A stretch of 64,000 nucleotides of DNA from Candidatus Eiseniibacteriota bacterium (GCA_044229145.1 JBGATO010000006.1:23872-87871); one strand, 5' to 3'. Shown: positions 28,301 through 37,746, numbered from the stretch's first letter. Program-made: numbers and translations. Notes: generated from the letters alone by a model not told the origin.

Positions 28301-28492
28301 CGCGTCGAGGTTCTCGACACCGCGGGACGTCTGGTGCGGATTCTCGTCCAGGCGCTGCTGGATCCGGGCAGCCACCGCACGACGTGGAATGGAACGGACA
28401 CGCACGGGCATCGGGTGGCGGATGGCGTGTACGTCCTGCGGACGACGGGCGGAGGGGACGCGGCGAGGATCAAACTGGTGCTGGCGCGCTAG
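25382..28492 (+). CDS. Large secreted protein: (7-repeat beta-propeller + Ig-like) x2, FN3-like domain, FlgD-Ig/T9SS-like CTD
   Basis: GAGGAG RBS; signal peptide; 14 repeats of about 47 aa (W..ETVD..G.TG.Y.SLALDA.GNPRISY.D...DLRYA); tail WPQP...DTAGRLVR...WNG.D..GVY. Confidence 0.85.
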   Translation: MRRAHAVAIAVLLFWPLAASRVAAATAFVSETVDSNGSTGNCASLAVDAAENPHIAYTDYSSAFYASKIGGAWAVEVVDAAGSTGQFTALALDAQDRPHIAYQEISAADVKYATKTGSTWVIETVDATGSTGLYISLAVDASGNPRISYQTQSGNDLRYAAKNGGAWTLETVDATGTTGLYTSLALDAAGNPRISYHDFTNGDLRYAAKNGGVWTLETVDAAARTGLHTSLALDASGNPHISYQDSTSGDLKYARKSGGVWTIETVDAIGVTGQYTSIAVDADGNPRIAYYDVTNADLRYARKVSGVWLLETVDATGSTGSWTSLDLDRAGSPRIAYRDGGNGDLRFADAAFRVSSPVGGERWGVGTQQPVTWVGSGTVAVQLSLDGGASYATLLPAVSANTVTLTVPNASSATARIRITRTSPSSTADSPGFFAIAPDLVSPWWTKPVIAVGTTGLSPSLALDALDGARLAYDDGSDLRYATKTGGSAWTTELVDATNHAGGYASLALDSQGNPRISYYDFTAGDLKYASRTAGVWATETVHATNTVGQYCSLALDASGNPRISYYDATGGDLRYASKSGALWALEVVDASALSSTGLYTSLALDASGNPRISYYDATGGNLRYAAKDNGAWTLETVDGAGTTGQYTSLALDASGAPHIAYYDATVGDLRYASKSGGTWTLESVDTTGTTGMSASLALDAQGNPHIAYASSTALRVAHKESGQWTLETVEALASGATSAAVSLYLDTYGNARLVYADDNDSDLRYASTAVEFAMPVAAEVWPVGASRGIAWDGTGRVDLSLSVDGGSSWTPVASGVAGGLYRELVPHAPTKFAQYRVERAVPRSVARSGVFTIQSSIALLALAAVPGTDGSATVSWASDPGPADLAGYQLERRDTPTGEFRTLVALTQATSYRDVAAPAGARYRLHAVNGLGEVHLLGDATLAPARPLAAWPQPARGGEITVAFAVERRGETRVEVLDTAGRLVRILVQALLDPGSHRTTWNGTDTHGHRVADGVYVLRTTGGGDAARIKLVLAR

Positions 28493-28513
28493 GCGAAGCC
28501 GAAACTCGCGAGG

Positions 28514-28588
28514 TGGCTCCTGAGGTAGGACTCGAACCTACAACCCTCCGGTTAACAGCCGGATGCTCTGCCATTGAGCTACTCAGGA
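28514..28588 (-). tRNA. tRNA-Asn (GTT)
   Basis: Reverse complement TCCTGAGTAGCTCAATGGCAGAGCATCCGGCTGTTAACCGGAGGGTTGTAGGTTCGAGTCCTACCTCAGGAGCCA: cloverleaf, GTT anticodon, encoded CCA. Confidence 0.97.
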
Positions 28589-28675
28589 ACTGGCAACCAT
28601 TTGTGGGACAAACTCTTAACTTCCGATCGCGCACCTAGCGGCACGCACACGAACGCGTCCCCGAATGGACGTGAG

Positions 28676-28704
28676 AATATATCGGCCGTGACGAAGGACG
28701 TCAA
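28676..28704 (-). promoter_or_regulatory. Sigma70 promoter of tRNA-Asn
   Basis: TTGACG-N17-TATATT on minus strand. Confidence 0.75.
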
Positions 28705-28763
28705 CTGCGAATTCCGCCGAGTCGCGTCCGTCGCGTGCCGATCCACGCCTCGCCCGACGGCCG

Positions 28764-29627
28764 TCAGTTCATGCGTGCGTGGAGGCGGCGCAGTGCCGCC
28801 ACCGCGTCCTCGACCTCCTCGACGTCGTCGTTCGGGTCGGCGAGATCCAGGTAGCGCTGGAAGTCGGCGAGCGCGCCGTGTGTGTCGTCGAGGCGCAACC
28901 GCACCAATCCGCGATCGCGCCATTCGTACGCATTGTCGGGCTCGAGATCGATCAGGCACTGCGCGACGCCGAGCGCGCGCCGAAAATCTTCCTCGCGCAC
29001 GTACGCCGACTTCAAATTGCGCAGCACGCGGGTGACGATGCCGAGACGGTTGGTGGTGCTCAACTGGCTGCGGTGGAAGCGGACCTCGGGACCGTGCAGC
29101 GAGCCGAGCAGCGCCTGGCAGTCGTCGTCGCTCATGATCGCACCGCCGGCGAACACGTCGATGATGAGACCGGGCACCACGCCGGTGTGCTTGACCAGGA
29201 AGTGGCCGGGGAATCCGACGCCTTCCATCGGAATGCCGGCGCGCCGCGCGACATCGACGTAGACGATCGCCAGCGTGATCGGCATGCCGCGGCGGCGGTC
29301 GAGCACGCGGTGCAACAGGCTGTTCTCGGGGTTGAAGTACTCCTCGCGATCGCCGGCGAAGCCGTGCACGCCGAACAGAACCTCGTTGAGCGCAGTGATG
29401 TCGACCAAAGCGCGCGTGCTTGCCGGCATCTTGGTGCGGCGGCGCTGCCTGACTTCGGCCGCGAAGCCCTCCAGCTGCCCAAGGTAGCGATCGACGTCGA
29501 GCCCGGGTGCCTCGCCGCTGGCGATGGCGAGAGCGGTTTCGGCCAGGCCGCAGTCTTCCTCGCGGCGCATCAGGCAGGCGGCGATGCGCCGCGAGGCGCC
29601 CGCCCACGCGTCGTTCACGAGCGCCAT
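28764..29627 (-). CDS. SirB1/YchA-family protein (transglutaminase-like + TPR)
   Basis: GF.GD...Y..PENS.L..VL.RR.G.PITL, GVGFPGHFLV, NLK..Y, RDRGL. Confidence 0.88.
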   Translation of the reverse strand: MALVNDAWAGASRRIAACLMRREEDCGLAETALAIASGEAPGLDVDRYLGQLEGFAAEVRQRRRTKMPASTRALVDITALNEVLFGVHGFAGDREEYFNPENSLLHRVLDRRRGMPITLAIVYVDVARRAGIPMEGVGFPGHFLVKHTGVVPGLIIDVFAGGAIMSDDDCQALLGSLHGPEVRFHRSQLSTTNRLGIVTRVLRNLKSAYVREEDFRRALGVAQCLIDLEPDNAYEWRDRGLVRLRLDDTHGALADFQRYLDLADPNDDVEEVEDAVAALRRLHARMN

Positions 29628-30115
29628 CGCGTCCCCACACCGAGCGGATACAGCGCACGCATCGGCGTGTTGCGCTTGAGTGCCGCGTCGGCGCCCCACG
29701 TGCAGCCGGCGTAGAACATCGCGCACACCAACGACACGCTCGCCGCCAGCAAGTTGCCCCAGGCGGACGACGCGCTGAAGTGCCCCGTGGCCCAGTAGTA
29801 ATTGAGGAACATGAGCGACGCGAGGGGCCCGGCGAGCCCGACTCCGAGCCCCAGCACGAAACACGCGCCGAGCACCAGTTCCCCGAGCATGACGAGCGCC
29901 GCGAACAAACCCGCGTGCGGCACCGCGACGTTGAGCAGGAAATCGCGGTACCACCCGTGCGGGTTGTCGAGCGCGAACGATGTCAGAATTCCGGGGAGCT
30001 CGACGGCGAAGTGCGCGGTCAGCTTGTCGAGACCGTAGTGCAGCAAGAGCACGCCGACGAGCACGCGCACCACCGCGAGGCCGCGTCCTCCGGTTTCGGC
30101 GTGACTATCGCGCAT
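29615..30115 (-). CDS. DoxX-family membrane protein
   Basis: R.LVG..L..G..K, WY..FL, GELVLG; four hydrophobic segments. Confidence 0.8.
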   Translation of the reverse strand: MRDSHAETGGRGLAVVRVLVGVLLLHYGLDKLTAHFAVELPGILTSFALDNPHGWYRDFLLNVAVPHAGLFAALVMLGELVLGACFVLGLGVGLAGPLASLMFLNYYWATGHFSASSAWGNLLAASVSLVCAMFYAGCTWGADAALKRNTPMRALYPLGVGTRWRS

Positions 30116-30130
30116 CGATCACTCCTCGTA

Positions 30131-33076
30131 TCAGCGGTTGCCGGCAGCGCGCTCGAGATCGCGAAGATCGCGCGCCAGCGCTTCGAGTTCCTGCCCGGCG
30201 GCTCCTGCCTTGCCCTCGCCCATCAACTGCTGATAGCGGCGCAGGTGCTCGGCGGCCGAGCGCACCCGCGCAGGATCGGCGCCGCTGGTCCGTGCGGCGG
30301 CACGCACTCGCGCTGCGGCCGGCAGGGCGGCGGATGCCGGAACAGCGACCGTATCGCCGACCGCGGCCGGGGCCATCGCTCCCACCTGCGGACCGAACAG
30401 ATCGCTCAGCGCTTCCTCCAGCGAATTACCGTAGCCGATGTCCTTTTGCGTCGCCACGATCACCCGCTTGAGTTCGGGAATCTTGCCGCCGGTCGACTGG
30501 ATGTACAACGGCTCGATGTAGAGGAACGACGCATCGATGGGCACCGCCAGCAGGTTTCCGCGCAGCACCTGCGATCCCTGCTGGTTCCAGAGCGTGAGAT
30601 CCTTCGAGATCGTCGCGTCCTGATCGATGCGCGCTTCGATCTGTCGCGGTCCGTACGCGATCGTGCCCTTCGGCAGATGGTACGCGAGGATGCGCCCGTA
30701 GCGGTCGCCGTCGCAGAGGCCGGCGACCCACGCGATCATGTTGTCCTTGTCGCGCGGCGTGAGTGGCAGCATTTGCAGATATTCGGCGCGCGGCTCATCG
30801 GGCAGGCGCATGAGCATGTAGTAGGGAATGACCGGCACCCGATTGTCGCCATCGGGCTGGTCGTGCACTTCGGTGCTGCCCTCCCACACGTCCTCGTGGT
30901 TGTAAAAGGTGACCGGATCCTTGACGTGGAACGTGCCGTAGACCTGCGCCTGCATCGCCAGCATGTCTTCGGGATAGCGATAGTGCGCGCGCACGGCGGC
31001 CGGCACTTGCGCGGCGGGCGCGAAGAGCTCGGGGAAGATGGCGCGGTAGGTGCGCACCAGCGGATCGCTTTCGTCGGTGACGAAGAACCGCACCGTGCCG
31101 TCGTAGCAATCCACCGTCGCCTTCACCGAGTTGCGCATGTAGTTGAGGCCGTTGTAGCGCGCCGCGTACGGGAAGCGCTCGCTGGTCGTGTAGTAGTCGC
31201 GCACCATGGTGAGCCCGCCGTCGCCGCGCACGATGGCGTAGGGATCACGATCCGCCCGCAGGAACGGCGCCAGCTTGCCCAGCCGCGTATCGATGTCGCG
31301 GTCGAACAGGATGCGCGTGTCGGCACCGATGTACGACGACAGGAAGAACTTCGCCGTGTGATAGCGCAGCGCGAAGGCAATGCGCCTGAGCGACAACGTC
31401 TGTCCGAGCGTAATCCCGGCGGAGCCTTGATACGTCGTGAAGATGTTGTCGTCGCCGCGCGGATAGTCGAACTCCTGCTGCCCGTGCGCGCGCACCATCA
31501 CCGGATGCGTGGTGAGTTCGCCGAAGTAGATCTGCGGACGCGTGAGATGCAACTCGCGCACCGTCGACACCGGCGGCAGGTCGCGCACGTACAACTCCGG
31601 AATGCCTTCCGGCGTGAACGCATTCACGCTCGAGATGCACGCGCCATAGCCGTGCGTGTAGATGAACCAGCGATTGATGTCCCACCCGTTGGAGCCGGCC
31701 GCCTGCGGCACCTTGGTGTGATCGAGTTCGCGCAGCGACAGCATCACCATGCGCTGCTGCCCGTCGATCGTGTAGCGATCGAGGTCGATATCGGCGAAGC
31801 GATAGTAGGTGCGCAGGGTTTGCAGCTGATTGAAGGTGTGCTGCAGCGGCCGCCAGTCGGCCAGCCGCAAGTTGCTGATGGTGGTGCGATCGCGCGCTAC
31901 TTCCTCGGCGGACGGATCGCGCGGCTCGGGGAAGTCGCGCACCGTGACATGCATCGAATCGAGACCCCACGCTTCGCGTGTCATCTCGAGGTGGCGCTTG
32001 ATGTACGGCAACTCGGCGCGCAACTGCTCGGGGCGAATCGCCAGCGCATCGTAGACGGACGGAATGACGCCGAGCTCGAGCACGCCGCTCGCAATGACGA
32101 ACCCCGCCAGCGCGATCACGAAGCGCCGGTTGCGCGGCCCGACGATCGCCAGCACGAGGCCCGCCACCAGCAGCGTCACGGCGAAAATCGCCAGCAAGTC
32201 CGCGCCGAGCCGCGCGTCCACGGCCGACACGCCGACCAGCGGCCCGCGCCGGCTGTAGACGAGTTCGTAGCGCGAGATCCACGCGCTGTTCGCCCAGCAC
32301 ACCAACAGCAGGCCGACCAGCACGCTGAGATGGCGTGCGCCACGCCGCAGGTGATCGATCCACGTGCCCTGCGTCAACCCTGCGATCGCCGCCGGCAACA
32401 CGTACAGCACTGCGGTGCTGATGATGCAGGCGAGCACCACACCGATCGCCCAATTCACCAGAGCGCTCCACGCCGGCAAGGTGAAGACGAAGAAGGCGAC
32501 GTCGCGGTGGAACTGCGGGTCGCGCACGCCGAAGGGCTGTTGGTGCAGCGCGGTGAGGAACGTCCACCACGCGGAGCCGAGACCGCTCCCGAGCACGAAC
32601 GCGAGGAACACGAGGATCACCAGTCGCAGGCGGTCGAGCGTCTGGGCGAGCTGCGAGGCACCGGCCGCCGGATTCAAGCGGCCGCTGGCGATGTCGATGA
32701 TCTCGGGTTCGCCCGGGCGGCCGCCGCCGCGCGGCGGGTGGAAACGCGGTCCATTCGGCATCTGCGGGCGGTGCCCGCGCGCCAGCACCGCGTTGAGCCA
32801 CAGCAAGAGGAACGACACCACGATGCCGCCGATGCTGAGGCCGCCCTTCGCGGTGAATTCGGTCCAGAACCGTTGCTCGGCGTGTAGTTCGCGAAACCAC
32901 AGGGCGTCGACGTATACCGACAAGGCACTCTGGAAGAGGACGAGGAGCAGCACGAGCGCCACGCTGATGCGCACCGCGCCGCCGACCTTCACCTCTTCGC
33001 CACGGCCGCGCCGCGACAGCGCACGGAGGGCCGGCAGGGCGGCGAGGACATAGAGGAGCAACACCAGCACGTCCAT
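30131..33076 (-). CDS. UPF0182-family membrane protein
   Basis: D.LWF, DPQF.RD..FF.F.LP, YY.F.DID.DRY, YTHGYG, PQIYFGE, NYMRNSVKATVD.YDG, H.RYP, GNLL..P. Confidence 0.92.
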   Translation of the reverse strand: MDVLVLLLYVLAALPALRALSRRGRGEEVKVGGAVRISVALVLLLVLFQSALSVYVDALWFRELHAEQRFWTEFTAKGGLSIGGIVVSFLLLWLNAVLARGHRPQMPNGPRFHPPRGGGRPGEPEIIDIASGRLNPAAGASQLAQTLDRLRLVILVFLAFVLGSGLGSAWWTFLTALHQQPFGVRDPQFHRDVAFFVFTLPAWSALVNWAIGVVLACIISTAVLYVLPAAIAGLTQGTWIDHLRRGARHLSVLVGLLLVCWANSAWISRYELVYSRRGPLVGVSAVDARLGADLLAIFAVTLLVAGLVLAIVGPRNRRFVIALAGFVIASGVLELGVIPSVYDALAIRPEQLRAELPYIKRHLEMTREAWGLDSMHVTVRDFPEPRDPSAEEVARDRTTISNLRLADWRPLQHTFNQLQTLRTYYRFADIDLDRYTIDGQQRMVMLSLRELDHTKVPQAAGSNGWDINRWFIYTHGYGACISSVNAFTPEGIPELYVRDLPPVSTVRELHLTRPQIYFGELTTHPVMVRAHGQQEFDYPRGDDNIFTTYQGSAGITLGQTLSLRRIAFALRYHTAKFFLSSYIGADTRILFDRDIDTRLGKLAPFLRADRDPYAIVRGDGGLTMVRDYYTTSERFPYAARYNGLNYMRNSVKATVDCYDGTVRFFVTDESDPLVRTYRAIFPELFAPAAQVPAAVRAHYRYPEDMLAMQAQVYGTFHVKDPVTFYNHEDVWEGSTEVHDQPDGDNRVPVIPYYMLMRLPDEPRAEYLQMLPLTPRDKDNMIAWVAGLCDGDRYGRILAYHLPKGTIAYGPRQIEARIDQDATISKDLTLWNQQGSQVLRGNLLAVPIDASFLYIEPLYIQSTGGKIPELKRVIVATQKDIGYGNSLEEALSDLFGPQVGAMAPAAVGDTVAVPASAALPAAARVRAAARTSGADPARVRSAAEHLRRYQQLMGEGKAGAAGQELEALARDLRDLERAAGNR

Positions 33077-33183
33077 CACACTCTCCTTCGACCGCGCACG
33101 GAGGCGCCGGGGCGGCGCGCGGGGCACGGCAGCCGCCAAGGATAGACCAACCTCGCCCCGGCTGCTAATCTCGCCGCCGCCCT

Positions 33184-34936
33184 ATGGTCCCGCCCCGCTC
33201 CGACGCCGACGACCCCATCCGGGTCCCCCCGCCTCCGGCCGCCACCCCTCCGGCTGGCCCCGACTTGCCCGAGCGCTACCGGCGGGAGCGCGCGCTCGGC
33301 GAACTCGCCGAGGAACTGCTCCGGGTCAGCGACACCCCGAAGGCCTTGCGCGCCGCCCTCGACTTCGCCCTCGAACTCTATGCGGCGGACGGCGGCTGGG
33401 TGCTGCTGCGCGACTCGGCGGACGGTCCGCTGACCCGCGCCGCGTCACGCGGCCCGGCGGCGCCCGACGCGGCGACCTTGGAGCTGGTGGCGGCGTTCAT
33501 CGCGCAACGCCGACCGTCGCTTCCGGCCACCGTGATCCTGGCGCCGGTGGCGCGCGGCGGACGCACGATCGGCGCCCTCGCGCTGCAGCGCGCGCAGCCG
33601 TTCGCGCGCGGCGACGGTCGATTCCTCACCCGCATCTCCCACCGGCTCGGGCAAGAGATCGAGCGGCGGGAGGAACAGCGCGTCATCGCGGTGCTCGAAC
33701 GTATCAGCGCCAAGATCGTGCAGGAACTGCGACCGAACGATCTCGTCTACCAGCTGCTGCATGGCCTGCGCGCGCTGCTCCGCTACGACCACAGCTCCGC
33801 GCTGTTCGTCCCCGGGCCGACGCCGGACACGCTCGTGTTGCGCGCCGAACAAATCGCGTGGACGAAGGGCAAGAGCGCGGAGATTGGACGCGCGGTGACG
33901 CTGGACAACGTACTGACGCGGCTGCCGGTCCGCGATGGCGACGGCGTCCACGCGCTGGTGCGCGGCCGCGACGGCCGGACCGGCGTGATGCCGTGGATGA
34001 CGCTGGCGCCGCGACTCGCGGCGCGGCGCGGCACCCGCCGAGCAGGCGATGCTCGTGGTGCCGCTGTGGTACAAGGGGCGGCTCCTCGGCGTCCTCAAAG
34101 TCTCCTCGACCGACCCGGCGTTCTTCGGCGACCGCGAGCAGCGTTTGGCGGAGCGCCTCTTGCCGTTCGCGGTGGCGGCGCTCGCGCATGCCGAGGCGGC
34201 GATTCGCTTCGAGGAACAGATCGTCGAAACCGAGAAGCGCGCCGCGCTGAGCGATCTGGCCCGCGGCGTGGCGCACGACGTCAATAACGCGCTCGGCGCC
34301 ATCCTGCCGCTCGCCGACCAGCTGCGGGACGAAGCCGAGCGCGGCGAACTCGATGTCGCGGACGCGGCCGCCGACCTCGCCGAGATTGCCCGCGCCGCCC
34401 GCACGGCCAAGCGCATCATGACCGGCATGCTGCACTACGCGCGCGGCGGCGCCGCGCCGCGCGAGCGCGTGGACGTCGCGCGCGCCATCGACGCCGCCAC
34501 GCACCTGGTGGCCGCGCGTCTCGCCGAGCGCGCGATCCAACTTGAGCGCGTGGTGGCTCCCGACGCCGACGCGGTCTACGCCGCGCAAACGCAGGTCGAA
34601 CGCATCCTGCTCAACCTGCTGCTCAACGCCATCGACGCGTCGCCGGACGGCGGCACCGTCACCGTCCGCGCCATCCGCGACGTCGACGCCAGCACCGGCA
34701 CCGCGCGCGTCAAGCTCACCGTCGAAGACCACGGCACCGGAATCCCGTCCGCCCTGCTCGCGCAGGTCGAAGAGCCGTTCTTCACGACCAAGCCAGGCGG
34801 AACAGGCTTGGGTCTGGCGATCGTGCGGTCGCTGGCGTGGGAGAACGGCGGGCGGCTCGCCATCGACACCAGCCCGGCCGGCACCTGCGTGCACGTCACG
34901 CTGATGGCGGCGACCGGAGGACGCGATGGCGCGTGA
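33184..34936 (+). pseudogene. GAF-GAF sensor histidine kinase, frameshifted near 34000-34040 (or a sequence error)
   Basis: ORF from 33184 (GAF domains) continues in another frame as AEQAMLVVPL...AHDVNN, NLLLNA, DHGTGI, PFFTTK, GTGLGL. Confidence 0.75.
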
Positions 34937-36089
34937 GCACATCGTCGTGGTCGACGACGAGCCGGGCGTGCGTCGCGCCATCGAGCGCATCCTGCGTAAC
35001 CGCGCGCAGGTGACCGCAGTGGAAACCGCGGAGGACGCGCTCGCCGTGCTCGACCGCGAACCGGCGGACCTGGTGCTCGCCGACGTGCGATTGCCCGGCA
35101 TCGACGGACTCGATCTGCTGTCGCGGATCAAGGAACGCAAGATCGACACCGACGTCATCGTCATGACCGGCTCGTCGGGCGAACGCGATGAATGGCTGCT
35201 GCACGCGATCGAGGGCGGCGCCTACTTCTTCCTCACCAAACCATTCGAACGTTCGGTGCTCGAGGCGCTGGTCGAGCGCTGTTTGGCATCGCGGCGTCTG
35301 CGCCGCGCAAATGAACAGCACACGCAACGCATCGAGGAGAGCCTCGAGCAGGCGCGGCGCTTTCAGGCCAACTTGTATCCCCGGCGCGCGCCGACGGTGC
35401 CGGGAGCCCGGGTGGCCGCGCAGGCGCGGCCGTGCGAATCGCTCGGAGGCGACCTCTACGACTTCGTCGCGCATCCCGAGGGCACACTCGAACTGTTCAT
35501 CTCCGACGTCTCGGGGCACGGTGTTGGCGCGGCGATGTTCACGGGAGCGGTCAAGGTTGCGTTCCGCCGCCACGCGCAGCGCGAGGCCCGCGCCGAATCG
35601 CTGGTGCACGACCTGCGGCTTGCGGCCGGCCTCATGGGCGCCGGGAAGTTCGTCACCGCCATCCACGCCGAGTATGACACCACAACGCGCGTGCTCACCT
35701 ATTGGAACGCCGGGCACCCCGCCTTCGCGCGCATCTCGGCGACGGGCGATGTGGAGTACGGCGACAGCACCATGCCGATCCTCACGTCGGCCCTGCCCGA
35801 AATGCCGCTCGACCGCCGCACGCTGCAACTGGCCCCTGGCGACCGCGTGCTGTTCTATAGCGATGGTCTGGTCGAGATGCGCAATCCGCTCAATCACGTG
35901 TTCGGGCTCGACACGGTGATCCACACGCTGCATGGCATGCAGGATGCCTCGCCGGGCGAAACGCTCTACCGCCTCGAAGAATTGGTCGACGCTTTCCGCG
36001 CCGGGCGCCCGCTCGAAGACGACGTCACACTGCTCTTGCTGGCGGTCGATCCGGCACCACAGGCCGCGGACTTCGAGGATGCGACCTAG
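34926..36089 (+). CDS. Response regulator receiver + PP2C/SpoIIE phosphatase
   Basis: VVDDE, LADVRLPGIDG, KPF; LGGDLYD, DVSGHG, NAGH, YSDG, DDVT. Confidence 0.9.
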   Translation: MAREHIVVVDDEPGVRRAIERILRNRAQVTAVETAEDALAVLDREPADLVLADVRLPGIDGLDLLSRIKERKIDTDVIVMTGSSGERDEWLLHAIEGGAYFFLTKPFERSVLEALVERCLASRRLRRANEQHTQRIEESLEQARRFQANLYPRRAPTVPGARVAAQARPCESLGGDLYDFVAHPEGTLELFISDVSGHGVGAAMFTGAVKVAFRRHAQREARAESLVHDLRLAAGLMGAGKFVTAIHAEYDTTTRVLTYWNAGHPAFARISATGDVEYGDSTMPILTSALPEMPLDRRTLQLAPGDRVLFYSDGLVEMRNPLNHVFGLDTVIHTLHGMQDASPGETLYRLEELVDAFRAGRPLEDDVTLLLLAVDPAPQAADFEDAT

Positions 36090-36967
36090 CGCGCACTCTC
36101 CAGCAAGTCGGCGATGTCGTCTTCCTCGAGTCCGAGGTAGTGCCCGATCTCATGGATCAACGTCACCGTCAACTCGTCGACGAACTCCTCCGGCGTGCTG
36201 CACACGCGTTCGATGTTGCGCCGGAAGAGCAGCAGTTGCGGACGCTGCTCGGGTGACGGCTCGGGTGACGGCTCGGCGGCAGGCTCGCCCTCCGTCGGCG
36301 CGGGCGCGGCGACGTCGACGAGCGCGCCGGGCAGCAACGGCGAGAGCGGCGGCGTCTCGCTGCGCAGAAACTCGAACGGCGGCAGATCCATCACCGTGAT
36401 GCCGACTTCCCCGCTGCGCAGCGGCCGGCGAATATCGGCCGGCAAGTCGTGTGTCGCGGTGTCGAGCAGCTTCTCGAAATCGGCCTCGCTCACCCGCGGC
36501 GGGACGAAGAAGCAATCGGCATCGAGTTCAGCGGCCTTGGCGTAGCAGGCGGCCGCGGCGTCGTCCTCACCGCGCAGTTCGTGCGCGATGGCGAGCCAGT
36601 AACGTGCGTCGGGGTTCTCCGGATCGTCGCGCACCACGGCGCTCAGACCGCGTACACCTTCCTCCAAGCGCAGCAGGCCGATCTGCGAGGCCGCGATGTC
36701 GAGACGGATCGAGGGATCGCCCGGATACGACGCCAGCGCGCGCGTCAGGTGCTCGAGCGCTTCGCCGTAGACTTCTTGATCGACCAACGCGGCGCCGAGA
36801 AGGTAGTGCGCTTCCGGCGCGTCGGGCAGGAGATCGAGCGCGCGGCGCGCTTCGTCTTCGGCCGCTTCCGGGTCGTCGTCTTCCATCGCGTCCCAACCGT
36901 GCTCGAGATACGCCTCGGCGGCGCGACGATCCTTGGGGGTGAGTCCCACCGGTGTCCTCCTGGTCAC
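36086..36967 (-). CDS. TPR + zincin-like metallopeptidase
   Basis: TPR helices; LFRRNI, TLIHEIGHYLGLEEDD; start GTG 36967 chosen (6 nt after TACCAT). Confidence 0.82.
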   Translation of the reverse strand: MTRRTPVGLTPKDRRAAEAYLEHGWDAMEDDDPEAAEDEARRALDLLPDAPEAHYLLGAALVDQEVYGEALEHLTRALASYPGDPSIRLDIAASQIGLLRLEEGVRGLSAVVRDDPENPDARYWLAIAHELRGEDDAAAACYAKAAELDADCFFVPPRVSEADFEKLLDTATHDLPADIRRPLRSGEVGITVMDLPPFEFLRSETPPLSPLLPGALVDVAAPAPTEGEPAAEPSPEPSPEQRPQLLLFRRNIERVCSTPEEFVDELTVTLIHEIGHYLGLEEDDIADLLESAR

Positions 36968-37089
36968 CCGCTGATGGTACACAACGGCGCCGGACGGTGC
37001 CACACACGGCGCGCAAGGACTGGACGCCACCGGCACGGTCTTCGACAATGAGACTCTCGTGGAGTGCGCATGCTTGGAGGAAGGTTCAC

Positions 37090-37716
37090 GTGCCCGGCCC
37101 CGCCTATCGCCTCGTCACGTCGCGCCTGGTGCTGCGATGCCCTGATCCCGCCGACGCGTCACATTTCAAGCGCGCCATCGACGCGAGTCACGAGGCGCTT
37201 GCGGCGTGGATGCCGTGGATGCACCCGACGCCGGATGTCGCCGGCCTGGTGGCGACCCTGAGGCGATTCCGCGCCGAGTTCGATACCGATGTCTCCTATC
37301 CGTACGCGGTGTGGAGCCGGGACGAAGCCGAGTTGTGGGGCAGTGCGTCGCTGCACCTACGCGTCGGACCGGGCGCGACCGAAATCGGCTATTGGATCCA
37401 CAGCGCACGCACGGGGCAGGGCTTGGCCACCGAGCTGACCGCGGCGCTGACCCGCATCGCCTTCGCGGTCCATGGCTTCTCGCGTGTCGAAATCCACGTC
37501 GCGCCGGGCAATCGCGCCAGCCTGCGGGTGCCCGAGAAGCTCGGGTTCACCCACGAGGCCACGCTCGCTCGCCGCATCGTCATCCCGACGGCGGAGGGTG
37601 TCGATGCGGTGCACGACCGGTCGATTTGGACGATGTTCGCCGGCGAGTTCGCCGCGTCGCCCTGCGCCGCGGCCGAGGTCCAGGCCTTCGACGCGCTCGG
37701 CGATCGGATCCTGTAG
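37090..37716 (+). CDS. RimJ/RimL-type GNAT acetyltransferase
   Basis: GGAGG RBS; WMPW, EIGYWI, GQGLATE, N.AS.RVPEKLGF. Confidence 0.88.
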   Translation: MPGPAYRLVTSRLVLRCPDPADASHFKRAIDASHEALAAWMPWMHPTPDVAGLVATLRRFRAEFDTDVSYPYAVWSRDEAELWGSASLHLRVGPGATEIGYWIHSARTGQGLATELTAALTRIAFAVHGFSRVEIHVAPGNRASLRVPEKLGFTHEATLARRIVIPTAEGVDAVHDRSIWTMFAGEFAASPCAAAEVQAFDALGDRIL

Positions 37717-37746
37717 CGGCACGCGACGCGTGGTAGACTTCCGGGC

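Noticed and set aside
22400..28588. Genomic island integrated at tRNA-Asn
   Set aside because: No integrase seen and no duplicate of the tRNA 3' end found by eye; the compositional shift is only an impression
36247..36276. 12-bp tandem repeat GCTCGGGTGACG x2.5
   Set aside because: In-frame linker (EPSPEPSPE) expansion of little significance
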